DNA of 64,000 nt from Octopus vulgaris (lineage: Eukaryota): the NCBI GenBank assembly GCA_951406725.2, contig OX597837.1, positions 620,001 through 684,000 of the forward strand, in the 5' to 3' direction. The position numbers were made by a program, and so were the translations under genes. Positions within the stretch are counted from its first letter, which is position 1. Every line of letters begins with the position of its first letter. The notes beneath the pieces were generated by a model. The model saw only the letters and a program-made list of their open reading frames with translations. It had not been told where the DNA came from and made no database searches. Positions 63,796-64,000 of the stretch are shown piece after piece.

Positions 63796-64000
63796 TATAT
63801 ATACATATATATATATATGCATATATATGCATATATATATATATATATATATATGCATATATATGCATATATATATATATGCATATATATATATATATAT
63901 GCATATATATATATATATAGGCATATACATATATACTATTTTACTTGTGTGCGTGTGTGTGTGTGTGTGTGTGAATATGTGTAATTTCTCCTGCAATCAC

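Overview
AT-rich animal genomic DNA, saturated with microsatellites. The SINE families, (TA)n/(CAYA)n tracts and transposon mix look like an octopus genome (inference). No intact protein-coding gene is visible: nearly all long ORFs in the track are microsatellite artefacts, and there is one weak terminal-exon candidate at 46314-46471. The window is a mosaic of decayed mobile elements: tRNA-derived SINEs, non-autonomous Helitrons, Tc1/mariner/pogo remnants, LINE fragments (L1/Tx1, RTE, CR1, R4/Dong), a near full-length HERO-type RLE retrotransposon and a Penelope-like (Neptune-type) element. The main signal the ORF track misses is a set of about ten hammerhead-ribozyme folds read by eye. (i) A non-circularly permuted (pseudoknotted) hammerhead lies near the 3' end of the HERO element, which also has a 14-bp terminal direct repeat. 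(ii) Two non-coding ~530-565-nt units have one hammerhead and terminal redundancy, like retrozymes; one starts 5 nt after its predicted cleavage site. (iii) Several type I hammerheads sit in Penelope-type pseudo-LTRs, some with variant cores or in inverted copies. All folds and homologies were assigned by inspection; no searches were run.
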